62,945 bases of DNA, filler included, from Octopus bimaculoides (GCF_001194135.2; 6 parts of 6 records of this genome joined end to end with filler, not necessarily neighbours in it), one strand, 5' to 3'; shown: positions 50,905 to 62,835, numbered from the whole stretch's first letter. A program made the numbers and translations. Notes: generated from the letters alone by a model not told the origin.

Positions 50905-51417
50905 AGGTGCAGGTGTGGCTATGTAGTAAGAAGCTTCTTTGCCGACCACATGGTTCCGGGTTCAGTCCCATTGCATGGAACCTTGGGCAGGTGTCTTCTG
51001 CTGTAGCCTCGGGTCGACCAAAGACTTGTGAGTGGATTTTGGTAGACGGAAAATGAAAGAAGCTCGTCGTATATATGTGTGTGTAGTATGTATGTATGTA
51101 TGTATGTATGTATGTATGTATGTATGTGTGTGTGTATGCATGCTTGTATGTATGTATGTATGTATGTATGTATGTATGTATGTATGTATGTATGTATGTA
51201 TGTATGTATGTATGTATGTATGTGTGCATCTTTGTGTCAGTATGTGTCCCCACCATACCGCTTGACAACCGGTGTTGTTGTGTTTACGTCGCCGTAAGTT
51301 TGCGGTTCGGCAAAAGAGATCGACAGAATAAGTACTAGGTTTTTAAAAAAATAACAAGTCTTGGCATTCGATTTGTTCAACGAAAAAAAAAAGACCTTCA
51401 AGGCAATGCTCCAGCAC
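50905..51417 (+). mobile_element. SINE family 1 with expanded (TATG)n
   Basis: Head AGGTGCAGGTGTGGCT, B box GGTTCAGTCCC, internal tract 51085-51225. Confidence 0.85.
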
Positions 51418-51679
51418 AACACTTCATCTCACGCCGCCATACGATCACTTCGACATTGTCCGTCATTTGGCACACCGTACATCTGTACAAACAATTTCGA
51501 TTCGGTGGCGGGAATAAGCTAATGGACAGCACGAACATTTGATCACTACAAACAAATCATTCGTGCGGGTTCTGCAAGAAATTACAGAACCATCTTTTTA
51601 TGTATGTATGTATGCATGTATGTATGTATGTATGTATGTATGTATGTATGTACGTACGTACCTACGTATGTATGTATAT

Positions 51680-52061
51680 TCTTTTACACTCTTTTGCTTG
51701 TTTCAGTCATTTGACTGCGGCCATGCTGGAGCACCGCCTTTAGTAGAACAAATCGACCCCAGGACTTATTTTTTGTAAGCCTAGTACTTATTCTATCGGT
51801 GTCTCTTGCCGAACCACTAAGTTACGGGGACGTAAACACAACACCATCGGTTGTCATGCGATGGGNNNNNNNNNNNATATATATATATATATATATACAT
51901 ATATACAACGGGCTTCTTTCAGTTTCCGTCTACCAAATCCACTCACAAGGCTTTGGTCGACCTGAGGCTATAGTAGAAGACACTTGCCCAAAGTGCCACG
52001 CAGTGGGACTGAACACAGAACCATGTAAGCAAGCTACTTACCACACAGCCACTCCTGCGCC
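51680..52061 (-). mobile_element. SINE family 1
   Basis: Ends CCACACAGCCACTCCTGCGCCT, the reverse complement of the head. Confidence 0.88.
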
Positions 52062-52734
52062 TGTATGTATGTGTGTATGTATGTATGTATGTATGTATGT
52101 ATATACACGCAAACACACAAACACACAAACACACACACACACACGCACACACACGCACACACACACACACACATACACACATGAATACACACACGCAAGC
52201 ACACATATACACACATCCTTTTATTTGCCAGCACATTATCTCGTGACAGAAATGATGTTGCCAAATTCATTTTTTTTATATATTTCTTTGTCTCTCCTTA
52301 GCTCACTTACCGCTATCACCGCCATCCTTGAACTTACCGCTTTGCTTGTTTCACTCCCTACCGCCACCAAATACACACTTCACACACCGATCTACTCCTC
52401 TCCATCAACCAGCCCCATTTTGACACAAAATATAAACAACATTTTAACAAACAAATAAAAAAAACGCATAAATAAATATATAAATGAAACGAAAAGAAAT
52501 CCAAATGCGCATGCTCAAAATCAGACACATGCACACTGACATATTGACACAGTAACAAGCCACGGAAAACGCACATAAGCACACACATATACATACATAC
52601 ATCATACATACATACATACATACATACATACATACATACATACATACATACATACATACATACACACGTATGTATGTAACACACTGCCTAAATACCAATC
52701 TTGAGAAATTAGAGAGACCTAGAAATTAGAGAAA

Positions 52735-53013
52735 CTTAGTACTCAAATAATAATTGGAGTACTAGGTTTTGTTAGAAAATGCTTAAAGAAAAATCTGGAT
52801 AAACTGAGATTTTCAGAAAGAGAAATTGACCGACTGATTCGTACATTACAAGTGCAATCTATCAGTGGAACAGTAAAAATATGCAAGACTTTTCTAAAGT
52901 TCCAAACGTGAATTTGTCTGTGTTAACTACATCTCAAAGATGGAGCCTTGTATCTTTGTTGGAAACCGGTTCCTTCTTCAGTGGAAGATTTATAATAATT
53001 TAAAAAATAGAAT
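52735..53013 (+). mobile_element. R4/Dong-type retrotransposon 3' end (ORF C-terminus 52741-52911 plus UTR), then (ACAT)n at 53014-53044
   Basis: TQIIIGVLGFVRKCL...LQVQSISGTVKICKTFLKFQT* resembles the R4-clade terminal helix. Confidence 0.7.
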
Positions 53014-53049
53014 CATACATACATACATACATACATACATACATAATGA

Positions 53050-53960
53050 CCTAATTGCTTTCCTATATCTGATGAAGAATGTTACAGGTACCTAGGGGCA
53101 GATGAAACATATCTTACGATGTTACTTGTAACAAGACTTGTGACTAAGGAATATTACAGCTGGATAAAGAAAATATGGACCTCGGAACTCTTTGCACTCA
53201 GCAAAAAACAGTAACCCACTGTGTGTTTGAGATACCAGTACTCATACCAACATTTGGGCTGCTTGATTGGACACTTGTTGAGATTGGAGCCATTGATGTG
53301 AAAACCCGGAAGATACTACCCAGGAAACATAATTTCCACATCAACAGCGACGTAGACTGCGTCTACCTAAAACGTAAACAAGGAGGCAGCGACTTAACAT
53401 CGATCAAGACTGTTTTTGGTTGTCACATCATATCCTTTCGGCAACAGCTTTTAATCACCAAATGTCAAAGTGCATCCCTTGACCAAGCTTGCGTACACGA
53501 AGCAGACAACATCATGAGACATGGAAAACAGCGCATCGTGAAACATTTCCCAACCTGATAACTTTGAATACATGCCCAGACTTTAGCACAACATATCATC
53601 AGGTAAAAGGATGAGTGTATATCAGCAGAAGACCATACATGGAGATGTTAGCAGAAATCTCCAAGATTACGGCAACATAGATAACCAAAGTAGTCTATTG
53701 TGGACCAACAACCAGATCACTAACTTTCACTTTGAAAGGAATGCTTTTTGCAATTCAAAAACAGAAAATAGGAAGTGAATTCCTGACGCGAAAAAGGGAC
53801 AGAGACGCAGGAGAAACACCAAAATATGATAACCGATGCCGGCGTTGTAGGATTAATACCGAAGATCTTACCAACAGAAGCATTTTTCCGAAGACGGCAT
53901 TGTATTATTATCTACCGATGGGACATGATGTTGTAGCCGAGACACCATACAATTAGATCT
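53050..53960 (+). mobile_element. R4/Dong-type retrotransposon internal fragment (RT thumb to CCHC knuckle)
   Basis: YRYLG, PTFGLLDWT..EI..IDVKTRK, YLKRKQGG, EGMLFAIQ.Q, CRRCR...E, HDVVA motifs. Confidence 0.8.
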
Positions 53961-54164
53961 TTAGTCCAATACGAGAGGCATCTCGCTCAAGAAGTCCTAT
54001 ATTCATAATCGCCTAAAGTGAGGTTGATAGCCACGACTGGAATGCTTTTGATCATAGGTTTGCTCAGTTACTACTGACCTGGGGTTAAACAGGAACAGCA
54101 ACTATAGACATAAAAATAATTCTCAGGCCTCGAACCAGAGATATATATATATAATCACTCAGCT

Positions 54165-54602
54165 TACTCTTTTACTTGCTCCAGCATGGCCGCAGTCAAA
54201 TGACTGCGGCCATGCTGGAGCACTGCCTTTAGTCGAGCAAATCGACCCCAGGACTTATTCTTTGTAAGCCTAGTACTTATTCTATCGGTCTCTTTTGCCG
54301 AACCGCTAAGTTACGGGGATGTAAATACACCACCATCGGTTGTCAAGCGATGTTGGAGGGACAAACACAGACACACAAACATACACACACACACAAACAT
54401 ACACACACACACAAACACACACACACACAAACATACACACACACACATATATACACACATATATACGACAAGCTTCTTTCAGTTTCCGTCTACCAAATCC
54501 ACTCACAAGGCTTTGGTCGGCCCGAGGCTGTAGTAGAAGACACTTGCCCAAGGTGCCACGCAGTGGGACTGAACCCGGAACCATGTGGTTGGTAAGCAAG
54601 CT
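54165..54602 (-). mobile_element. SINE family 1 (head cut by a spacer)
   Basis: Near-consensus copy. Confidence 0.88.
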
Positions 54603-54842
54603 NNNNNNNNNNNNNNNNNNNNNNNNNNNNNNNNNNNNNNNNNNNNTTAATTAATTAANNNNNNNNNNNNNNNNNNNNNNNNNNNNNNNNNNNNNNNNNN
54701 NNATATATATATATATATATATAATACAAGAGAGTTAGGGGTTGAGGTGGTTCTAAGGGTTGCCACCACCACCTTCACCATTTTACCATTCTTTGTAACT
54801 AATGTTGTTCCTCTTGTATCCTGTTGCTGTTATCATTGCCAG

Positions 54843-54941
54843 GCGTTTGGTCAATCATTCCTCCAGCCAGATATTGCTCTGTTCCGACAGAACCTCGAAT
54901 CTTTGGAAACGCTCAATACCAAATGGAAACTCTACCACAAG
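54843..54941 (+). CDS. XPO6: Exportin-6, antepenultimate exon (AFGQSFLQPDIALFRQNLESLETLNTKWKLYHK)
   Basis: CAG acceptor, AAG|GTAAGA donor; closely matches the recalled vertebrate XPO6 sequence AFGQSFLQPDIHLFKQNL..LETLNTKQKLYHK. Confidence 0.95.
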
Positions 54942-54973
54942 GTAAGAAGCACATCTCTACATACATACAGGCT

Positions 54974-55009
<36 letters not shown>

Positions 55010-55136
55010 CAGGGTGTCCACAATGTCTGGGTACATGGAGTAAATAAAATCATAGCATAAACAATTAAATATATGAAATAATAATTTCTTAAAGGATGTG
55101 TTAATCCCTGTGTACCCAGACTTTGTGGACACCCTG
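55010..55136. mobile_element. Tc1/mariner-type MITE, inverted copy of 6820-6945
   Basis: Same TIRs, interior reverse-complementary to the first copy, TA flanks. Confidence 0.9.
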
Positions 55137-55164
55137 TAGATATATATATATATATATATATATA

Positions 55165-55392
55165 CCATTTCGACCGTGGCCGTTGCCAGTACCACCTGAC
55201 TGGCCTTCGTGCCAGTGGCACGTAAAAGCACCCACTACACTCTCAGAGTGGTTGGCGTTAGGAAGGGCATCCAGCTGTTGAAACTCTGCCAGATCAGATT
55301 GGAGCCTGGTGAAGCCATCTGGTTCACCAGTCCTCAGTCAAATCGTCCAACCCATGCTAGCATGGAAAGCGGACATTAAACGATGATGATGA

Positions 55393-55430
<38 letters not shown>

Positions 55431-55830
55431 TCAGCAGTGTTTTATCATGTGTCCATGTCCATTTTATCGTGTGTCCATGTAAAAAAACCACTAAGTCCAC
55501 TCTGCTGAGTGGTTGATAATAGGAAGGGCATCCAGCTGTAAAAAACCTGTCAAAATAGTCAGAGAAGTCTGGTGCAGGCTTTGGCCTGGCCAGCTATTGT
55601 GGAACCATCCCACTGATGCTAGCATGGAAGGCAGATGTTAAATGATGATGATGTGTACATGTGCTGGTGTCACATAAAAAAGCACCCAGGACATTATGTA
55701 AAATGGTTGGATGGCATTAGGAAAGACATCCAGCCATAGAAACCATGCCAAAACTGATGGTAAAGCCTGGTACAGCTTTCTGTGTAACCAGCTCCTGCTA
55801 ACCTGTCCAACCCATGCCAGCATGGTATAT
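55165..55830 (+). mobile_element. Three RTE 3'-tail-derived repeats (about 55165-55395, 55485-55652, 55655-55830)
   Basis: Each has GGAAG(G/A)CATCCAGC...CCCA..CTAGCATGG as in 12350-12507; two end in (GAT)n. Confidence 0.75.
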
Positions 55831-55894
55831 CCATCTCTTGCTTTTTCTCTCCGTCTTTAATTAATTGTCTTTGTATTCTCTGCTCCATTTCCAG

Positions 55895-56125
55895 AAGGTG
55901 TTCCGGGAAGCTTTGCTTTACCAATTCCTCAACGTGTTTATCCAGGTCCTGCTACAGAAGTCCCATGACCTCCTGCAGGAAGAGATAGCCATTAGTGTGT
56001 ACAATATGGCCTCTGTAGACTTTGATAACTTCTACACCCAGTTCTTGCCAAACTTCCTCAATAGCTGCGATGGGCTTGCGGCCGACCAGAGGACCGTGCT
56101 AGGACAGAATTTCAAAATGGACAAA
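55895..56125 (+). CDS. XPO6: Exportin-6, penultimate exon (KVFREALLYQFLNVFIQVLLQKSHDLLQEEI...NFKMDK)
   Basis: CCAG acceptor, AAA|GTAAGT donor, phase 0/0; KSHDLLQEEI and YNMASVDFD motifs as in XPO6. Confidence 0.96.
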
Positions 56126-56189
56126 GTAAGTTGAGTTGAATGGAGTAAGGTCCAACGAAAATTGAGGGCAATTTATCAATTGTTTTTAG

Positions 56190-56480
56190 CAGTGTAGAGG
56201 CTCCATTACTATCATCACAACCATTATAGCCATTGTTGCAAGCATCACTATCATCAGCATTGTCGTAACTATGACAACCTTTGTCATCACAACCACCATC
56301 ACCATCGGTATTGCTATAGTAACCAGCATCATCACCACTACTACTACCATCACCACAACCAAAGCAACCATCTTAATTGCCACCACTACAACCACCACCA
56401 CCACCACCACATTGTCATCACCACCATACCACCACCACCACCACCACCACCACAAGGTTCGCCATCACTGCTGCTACTAC
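56190..56480. repeat. Degenerate (CAC/CAT/ACT)n trinucleotide tract
   Basis: Direct reading. Confidence 0.9.
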
Positions 56481-56699
56481 TACTGTCCCTCACAGCCTCT
56501 CTCAGTCTAATCTTTCTCTCTCTCACTCTTGTTCATTGACACACACACACACACACACATACTGTCTTTTGTCTCACACTCTCTTACATATACACACATG
56601 CGCACTTACACATTCTGCTTTACATACAAATACACCAACTCTCACACACTATCTTAGGCACCGTTTGGCATGCACTTACACACTCTTTTCCTCACTACT

Positions 56700-56820
56700 T
56701 TACTCACTCTCTCTCTCTCTCTACTATTCACTGACTCTCTCTCTCTCTACTATTCACCGACTCTCTCTCTCTCTACTATTCACCGACTCTCTTTCTCTTC
56801 ATTAGTCACTGACTCTTTCA
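56700..56820. repeat. About 26-bp minisatellite (ACTCTCTCTCTCTCTACTATTCACCG), 3-4 copies
   Basis: Direct reading. Confidence 0.85.
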
Positions 56821-56926
56821 TGTATTCACATACACATACATTCTGGTTTACATACTACGCACCATCTCTCTCTCACTATCTTATGCACCCTCTGTCACAC
56901 ATTCACAACCTCTATCCCTCACTGCC

Positions 56927-57557
56927 TGTTGTGGCGACGTCCGCCAGGCGAAGAAGTAGGATCTCCCAAGGCATATAAATAGAGGTAGTCTGGCCATGGT
57001 AGGTGTGTTGAATAGCAGTCGAGTAGCTGTTGAGTAGCAGTCGAGTAGGAGTTGTGTAGCAGTTGAGTAGAGATCATCCGAAGGTGCTGGATAACAGTTG
57101 GCGATGAGGATTCGCAGCTCACACAACCACTCTTTTACTCTTTTACTTGTTTCAGTCATTTGACTGCGGCCATGCTGGAGCACCGCCTTTAGTCGAGCAA
57201 ATCGACCCCGGGACTTATTCTTTTGTAAGCCTGGTACTTATTCTATCGGTCTCTTTTGTCAAACCACTAAGTTACGGGGACGTAAACACACCACCATCGG
57301 TTGTCAAACAATTGTGGGGGGACAAACACACATACATATATATATATATGTGCATACATATATACGACGGGCTTCTTTCAGTTTCCGTCTACCAAATCCA
57401 CTCACAAGGCTTTGGTCGGCCCGAGGCTATAGGAGAAGACACTCGCCCAAGGTGCCAGGCAGTGGGACTGAACCCAGAACCATGTGGTTGGTAAGCAAGC
57501 TACTTACCACACAGCCACTCCTGCGCCTATAGTATTGTGTAGTATTGCGATATAACA
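56927..57557 (+). mobile_element. LTR-derived insertion with 5-bp TSD, interrupted by a SINE
   Basis: TG at 56927, ACA at 57555-57557, CTGCC on both sides (56922-56926, 57558-57562); TATAAATA box and PBS-like TGGCGATGAGGA at 57099-57110. Confidence 0.7.
57132..57529 (-). mobile_element. SINE family 1
   Basis: Full-length near-consensus copy. Confidence 0.9.
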
Positions 57558-57759
57558 CTGCCTCACTCATTCTCTCTAGTCTCTCTCTCACATTCACTAA
57601 CATACACTCTCTCTTTCTCTCATTTATTGTCACACACTCTCTCTTTCTCACACCCTCTTTCATACAGACACACCAACGCTTACTCACTACTTTGTGCACT
57701 TACCCACAACCCCTATCCCTCACTGTCTCACTGACTCTCTCTCATCTTTCTCTCCACAG

Positions 57760-57861
57760 GACATGCCCTCTTTCACCCAGAGTGTTAACCGATTTGTCAA
57801 CGACCTCCGCTACTATCGTCTCATCAACAGCAGTTTACCAGCAGGCTCCTTCAAGTTTTGA
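57760..57861 (+). CDS. XPO6: Exportin-6, last coding exon (DMPSFTQSVNRFVNDLRYYRLINSSLPAGSFKF*)
   Basis: CT-rich tract then CAG acceptor, phase 0; matches the recalled XPO6 C-terminus DLPSFTQNVHRLVNDLRYYRL; TGA at 57859-57861. Confidence 0.96.
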   Translation, partial: DMPSFTQSVNRFVNDLRYYRLINSSLPAGSFKF

Positions 57862-58590
57862 ACCCACGACCAAGCTGACTGTCACTGGACTGTTTAATGA
57901 ATTAATTAACTAAACTAAAATGACCACCTCCTCTCATTCACATACAAATCTACTCCACTGGAATGGACATGCCTGCTGCCAAAAACCCACACGGATTCGT
58001 CAGAAGCACTAAAGCTTATTGGTCCCAACCTGCCTGATCTTGGTGTATGTGGGTCGAAGGAGAGGGAGGAAGAGAGCGTGGTCGACCTCTTTGTGACCTT
58101 TACATTCGGTGACCTTTCCCCTTTGTCTGCCTCGTTTTGGGTCGACCTCAGAAGGGTCACCTCCGCCATGACCTTTTGCTATAATTACTGCCGACTTCTT
58201 GTATTGACTCCAAATCTATGCTGTCTGCTCCCCATACTCCCAACACCCCGTTTGTCCGCTCCCCCTCCTTCTGGTCCCTCTCCACCCCCCAATCCCAGTG
58301 GTGTTCTGGCGTCTGCCCGACTTACCTCTTATGTACTATTCAGATAATCTATATTATTTCCATTTGATTGTGCATGTGTGCATGTATAAATATATATATT
58401 GTATATGTGTACACACACATATATAGGCATATGCACATGCATACATACACACACGCACATATATANNNNNNNNNNNNNNNNNNNNNNNNNNNNNNNNNNN
58501 NNNNNNNNNTTAATTAATTAANNNNNNNNNNNNNNNNNNNNNNNNNNNNNNNNNNNNNNNNNNNNATATATATATATGTATATATGTATG

Positions 58591-58624
<34 letters not shown>

Positions 58625-59057
58625 TACATATAGATAGTTAGACAGACAGATAAATAGACAGGTAAGTAGATAGGTAGAGATAGATAGATATGTAGGCAAG
58701 TAGATAGGGAGATAGATAGATGGATAGATAACTTTCTCTATTAGCCACACAGGGCTGAACACAGATGGGACAAAAAAATAGGGACAACGATCAAAAGTAA
58801 TCGAAATCGTTTGGGATATATGCAAAAATAAAATAATACAAAAAGTTCCCAATAAATGGGGAGGTTTATCCGTGGAAAGAAATACCTACGAAAAGACCTC
58901 GGTAACCTCGGGCAATATTAATTACATGTTAATAGATTTATTTACATAAGGTAAGTAACTCTCTGCTTAAATTTTTTTTTCCTGTTTCATAGGATCATGC
59001 TCAAGGTGGCTTCGTCATTTATACGTGCCATCCTTGCTACATTCACCCATCTTGTTT

Positions 59058-59136
<79 letters not shown>
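59058..59136. repeat. (AGAT)n microsatellite
   Basis: Direct reading. Confidence 0.95.
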
Positions 59137-59137
<1 letters not shown>

Positions 59138-59707
59138 AAATACATACATACATACAAATAGGCAGAGAGACAGAGAAACATACATACATATGTCTGTATT
59201 TATCTATAGGTGTGTATATAAATGTGGCTGTATATAATGTGTGTGCATATTTGTGCCCACATAATATCAGCCTTTACACATCAGTTTATTGAGCACTCCC
59301 ACAGACGTGCTTCGGAATGCATCTCTTATTTCTCAACGTATTTTGAAATATGATATACATTGACAGCTCTGAATACAGCTGGGACTCACTTAGCTAATGC
59401 ACTTAGTGGGATAGTAATGTAGTAAAACCTGAAATTCTTACGACGTGTCACCGAATTTTCAGATCTCATAAACTTATTGGTGCTGGTTGATTTCATCTAG
59501 AAAAATTTCGGGGCGATTTTTCGGTTTGTTTCCACTTCTTGGCGAAGATTGGTCGTGCAGTAATTTACGAAGTTGACGTCTTTGGAAACGTATGACTGAA
59601 GAGATATGAGTAAACCAAGTGTTGTGTGTATGTGCATATGTGCGTGTGTGAATGAGTGTGCGTGCGTGTGTGAGCATGTCTCTGTAGGTGAGAGTGTGCA
59701 TATATAT

Positions 59708-59755
<48 letters not shown>

Positions 59756-61509
59756 NNNNNNNNNNNNNNNNNNNNNNNNNNNNNNNNNNNNNNNNNNNNN
59801 NNNNNNNNNNNNNNNNNNNNNNNNNNNNNNNNNNNNNNNNNNNNNNNNNNNNNNNNNNNNNNNNNNNNNNNNNNNNNNNNNNNNNNNNNNNNNNNNNNNN
59901 NNNNNNNNNNNNNNNNNNNNNNNNNNNNNNNNNNNNNNNNNNNNNNNNNNNNNNNNNNNNNNNNNNNNNNNNNNNNNNNNNNNNNNNNNNNNNNNNNNNN
60001 NNNNNNNNNNNNNNNNNNNNNNNNNNNNNNNNNNNNNNNNNNNNNNNNNNNNNNNNNNNNNNNNNNNNNNNNNNNNNNNNNNNNNNNNNNNNNNNNNNNN
60101 NNNNNNNNNNNNNNNNNNNNNNNNNNNNNNNNNNNNNNNNNNNNNNNNNNNNNNNNNNNNNNNNNNNNNNNNNNNNNNNNNNNNNNNNNNNNNNNNNNNN
60201 NNNNNNNNNNNNNNNNNNNNNNNNNNNNNNNNNNNNNNNNNNNNNNNNNNNNNNNNNNNNNNNNNNNNNNNNNNNNNNNNNNNNNNNNNNNNNNNNNNNN
60301 NNNNNNNNNNNNNNNNNNNNNNNNNNNNNNNNNNNNNNNNNNNNNNNNNNNNNNNNNNNNNNNNNNNNNNNNNNNNNNNNNNNNNNNNNNNNNNNNNNNN
60401 NNNNNNNNNNNNNNNNNNNNNNNNNNNNNNNNNNNNNNNNNNNNNNNNNNNNNNNNNNNNNNNNNNNNNNNNNNNNNNNNNNNNNNNNNNNNNNNNNNNN
60501 NNNNNNNNNNNNNNNNNNNNNNNNNNNNNNNNNNNNNNNNNNNNNNNNNNNNNNNNNNNNNNNNNNNNNNNNNNNNNNNNNNNNNNNNNNNNNNNNNNNN
60601 NNNNNNNNNNNNNNNNNNNNNNNNNNNNNNNNNNNNNNNNNNNNNNNNNNNNNNNNNNNNNNNNNNNNNNNNNNNNNNNNNNNNNNNNNNNNNNNNNNNN
60701 NNNNNNNNNNNNNNNNNNNNNNNNNNNNNNNNNNNNNNNNNNNNNNNGAAAAAAAGAAATAAGAAAAGAAAAGAATAAATCCATTTTAGATTCCTCACTC
60801 TGAGAATCAAATAATTTTTCGGTTGATTTTGAAAGATCCAAAGGGTTTTTCGCATTCATCATAATTGGAGCTTTATATTAAAGCTGACGTCTTGGACTAG
60901 CGAAGTCTATAACTTGTTGCTGCTGTTATTGCTGTAGTTATTGTTATTGATGATGATGATGATGATGCTGATGATGATATAGGCATTGCGAGATCTGGTT
61001 CAGCATTCAATATACTGTATTCTAACGTGTATAAAGAACCCTCATGTATAAGGAGCCCCCTAATATTTCGGCCTTAAAATTTGGAAAAAAAAGGCTTTGA
61101 GGGAATTTCAACCATGTTTCGTGGTCTGCTACCACAACAGCTCCTTTATAGGATCCAGTTAGCTCAAGACGTCATCAGTATATATCTAAATTATGTCAGA
61201 AAAATGTTATAAAATTTTTTGGTATATAAACATTGTATTTGGAGAAATAACTGGTTTCGTGTTGTCTTTTCAAATTTCTCTACTTCATCGTAACATGTCT
61301 TCGCTCCCGTGTGTAAAAAAAGAGTTCTAGATTAGGGGGGAGGTAATTAGGGATTTCTTCCGGTATAAGGGAGATAATCGAAATGTAGAAGGTGGTAGAT
61401 TTTGATTAANNNNNNNNNNNNNNNNNNNNNNNNNNNNNNNNNNNNNNNNNNNNTTAATTAATTAANNNNNNNNNNNNNNNNNNNNNNNNNNNNNNNNNNN
61501 NNNNNNNNN

Positions 61510-61662
61510 AGAAAATTGCACTACTGGGCACTGCACACATCCTACACAAAACACTTTCAATACAGTAAACATGAGAGCACCACAGCAAACCACAGCACAT
61601 ACCCAAGGCGCACAGAGCTGCGCTCGGTAGTGAAGTGAAAGCACGTTATAAAAATAAAACTA

Positions 61663-61665
<3 letters not shown>
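61510..61665 (+). mobile_element. R4/Dong-type retrotransposon 3' end (KIALLGTAHILHKTLSIQ*, TAA 61566-61568, plus 3' UTR)
   Basis: Typical LQK.ALLGTA.ILR terminal motif; runs directly into (AAT)n at 61666-61739. Confidence 0.8.

Positions 61666-61739
<74 letters not shown>
61666..61739. repeat. (AAT)n microsatellite
   Basis: Direct reading. Confidence 0.95.
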
Positions 61740-61799
61740 GCAGTTCTGGTTTTTATTTTCAGTTTCAATGTGTTGAGCTGGAGTATGAGTGAAATAAGG

Positions 61800-62835
61800 C
61801 AGATTGACAGGTAAATTCGTAAGTTGCTGACTTGCAATAAGATGCACCAACCAAAGGCAATAAGATGCACCAACCAAAGGCAATAAGATGCACCTACCCT
61901 GAACTCAAGGAGGTTGAGGCTTGATCTAATCTGAAATCTCCTACAAAATCTCCATAATTGGACTGGCAAAATATCTTGAAACATCTAACGACTGGGTGCT
62001 AAAGCTCGTTGAAAACCATGAAAGACATAAGCTTCATTCTGTTATGAAGGACAGCAAAATGTTTTCAAATGAACTTATGCATAAGCATGACGGAAGTGCA
62101 GCAACTGTAGTTGCAAAGAAGGTCAAATCAATTGCAAAGCAAAATGCATTTGAACAATTAGCTGATAGGTGGGAGCAAAAACCTCTGCATGGCAAATATA
62201 TGGCGCATAGCAAACAAGCTGATGTAGACCAGAAGCACACCAATCAGTGGCTACGGAGCTCAGGGCTAAAGGCAGAGAGTGAAGGATTTGTCTTGGTTGC
62301 CCGAGATCAGAGTTTATTGACCTGGAACTATCAAGGCAACGGGATGAAAAATGGTGTATATCCAGAGTACCGATACTGCAACGATGGGATAGAAAAAGTC
62401 GACAACCTAATCTCTGGATGTGAGGTTTTAGCATCTGTAGAGTAGAAAATCAAGCCATGACAGATAATGTGTCGGCATTATAAGATCAAAAGTGCTGGCA
62501 AATGGTAGAAGCAACACACTGAGGCTGTACCTGAGGTAGAAAATGTAACTATTCTTTGGGACTTCCGAGTATGTACAGACAGGGCCATCAAAGCAAATAA
62601 ATCAGATACTATTGTGAAAGACCAAAACAATAAAGCATGTTTATTGATTGACACAAGCATATCCTGTGACCCTAATATCTCGGCAAAAGAATTTGATAGG
62701 CTCAGAAAATATAAAGATTTGCTAATCAAAATCGAAAAGATGTGACATCTCAAGATGGTTACAATACCAGTGGTTGTAGGAGCACTTGGAATGATCAAAT
62801 AAGGAACTGAAAATTATTTAAGAATGCTGTCTGTA
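61800..62835 (+). mobile_element. R4/Dong-type retrotransposon fragment: post-RT region, decayed CCHC knuckle, restriction-like endonuclease
   Basis: PLHGKY, WLRSSGLKAESEGF..A.DQ, ILWDF.V.TDR.I.AN, LLID.S, KY.DL, IPVVVGALG; includes a 23-bp tandem triplication at 61834-61894. Confidence 0.85.

Noticed and set aside
7045-57861. NO VEIN-like + THSD4-like + XPO6 as a functional gene cluster or system
   Set aside because: The genes lie in segments separated by artificial spacers and have no evident shared pathway.
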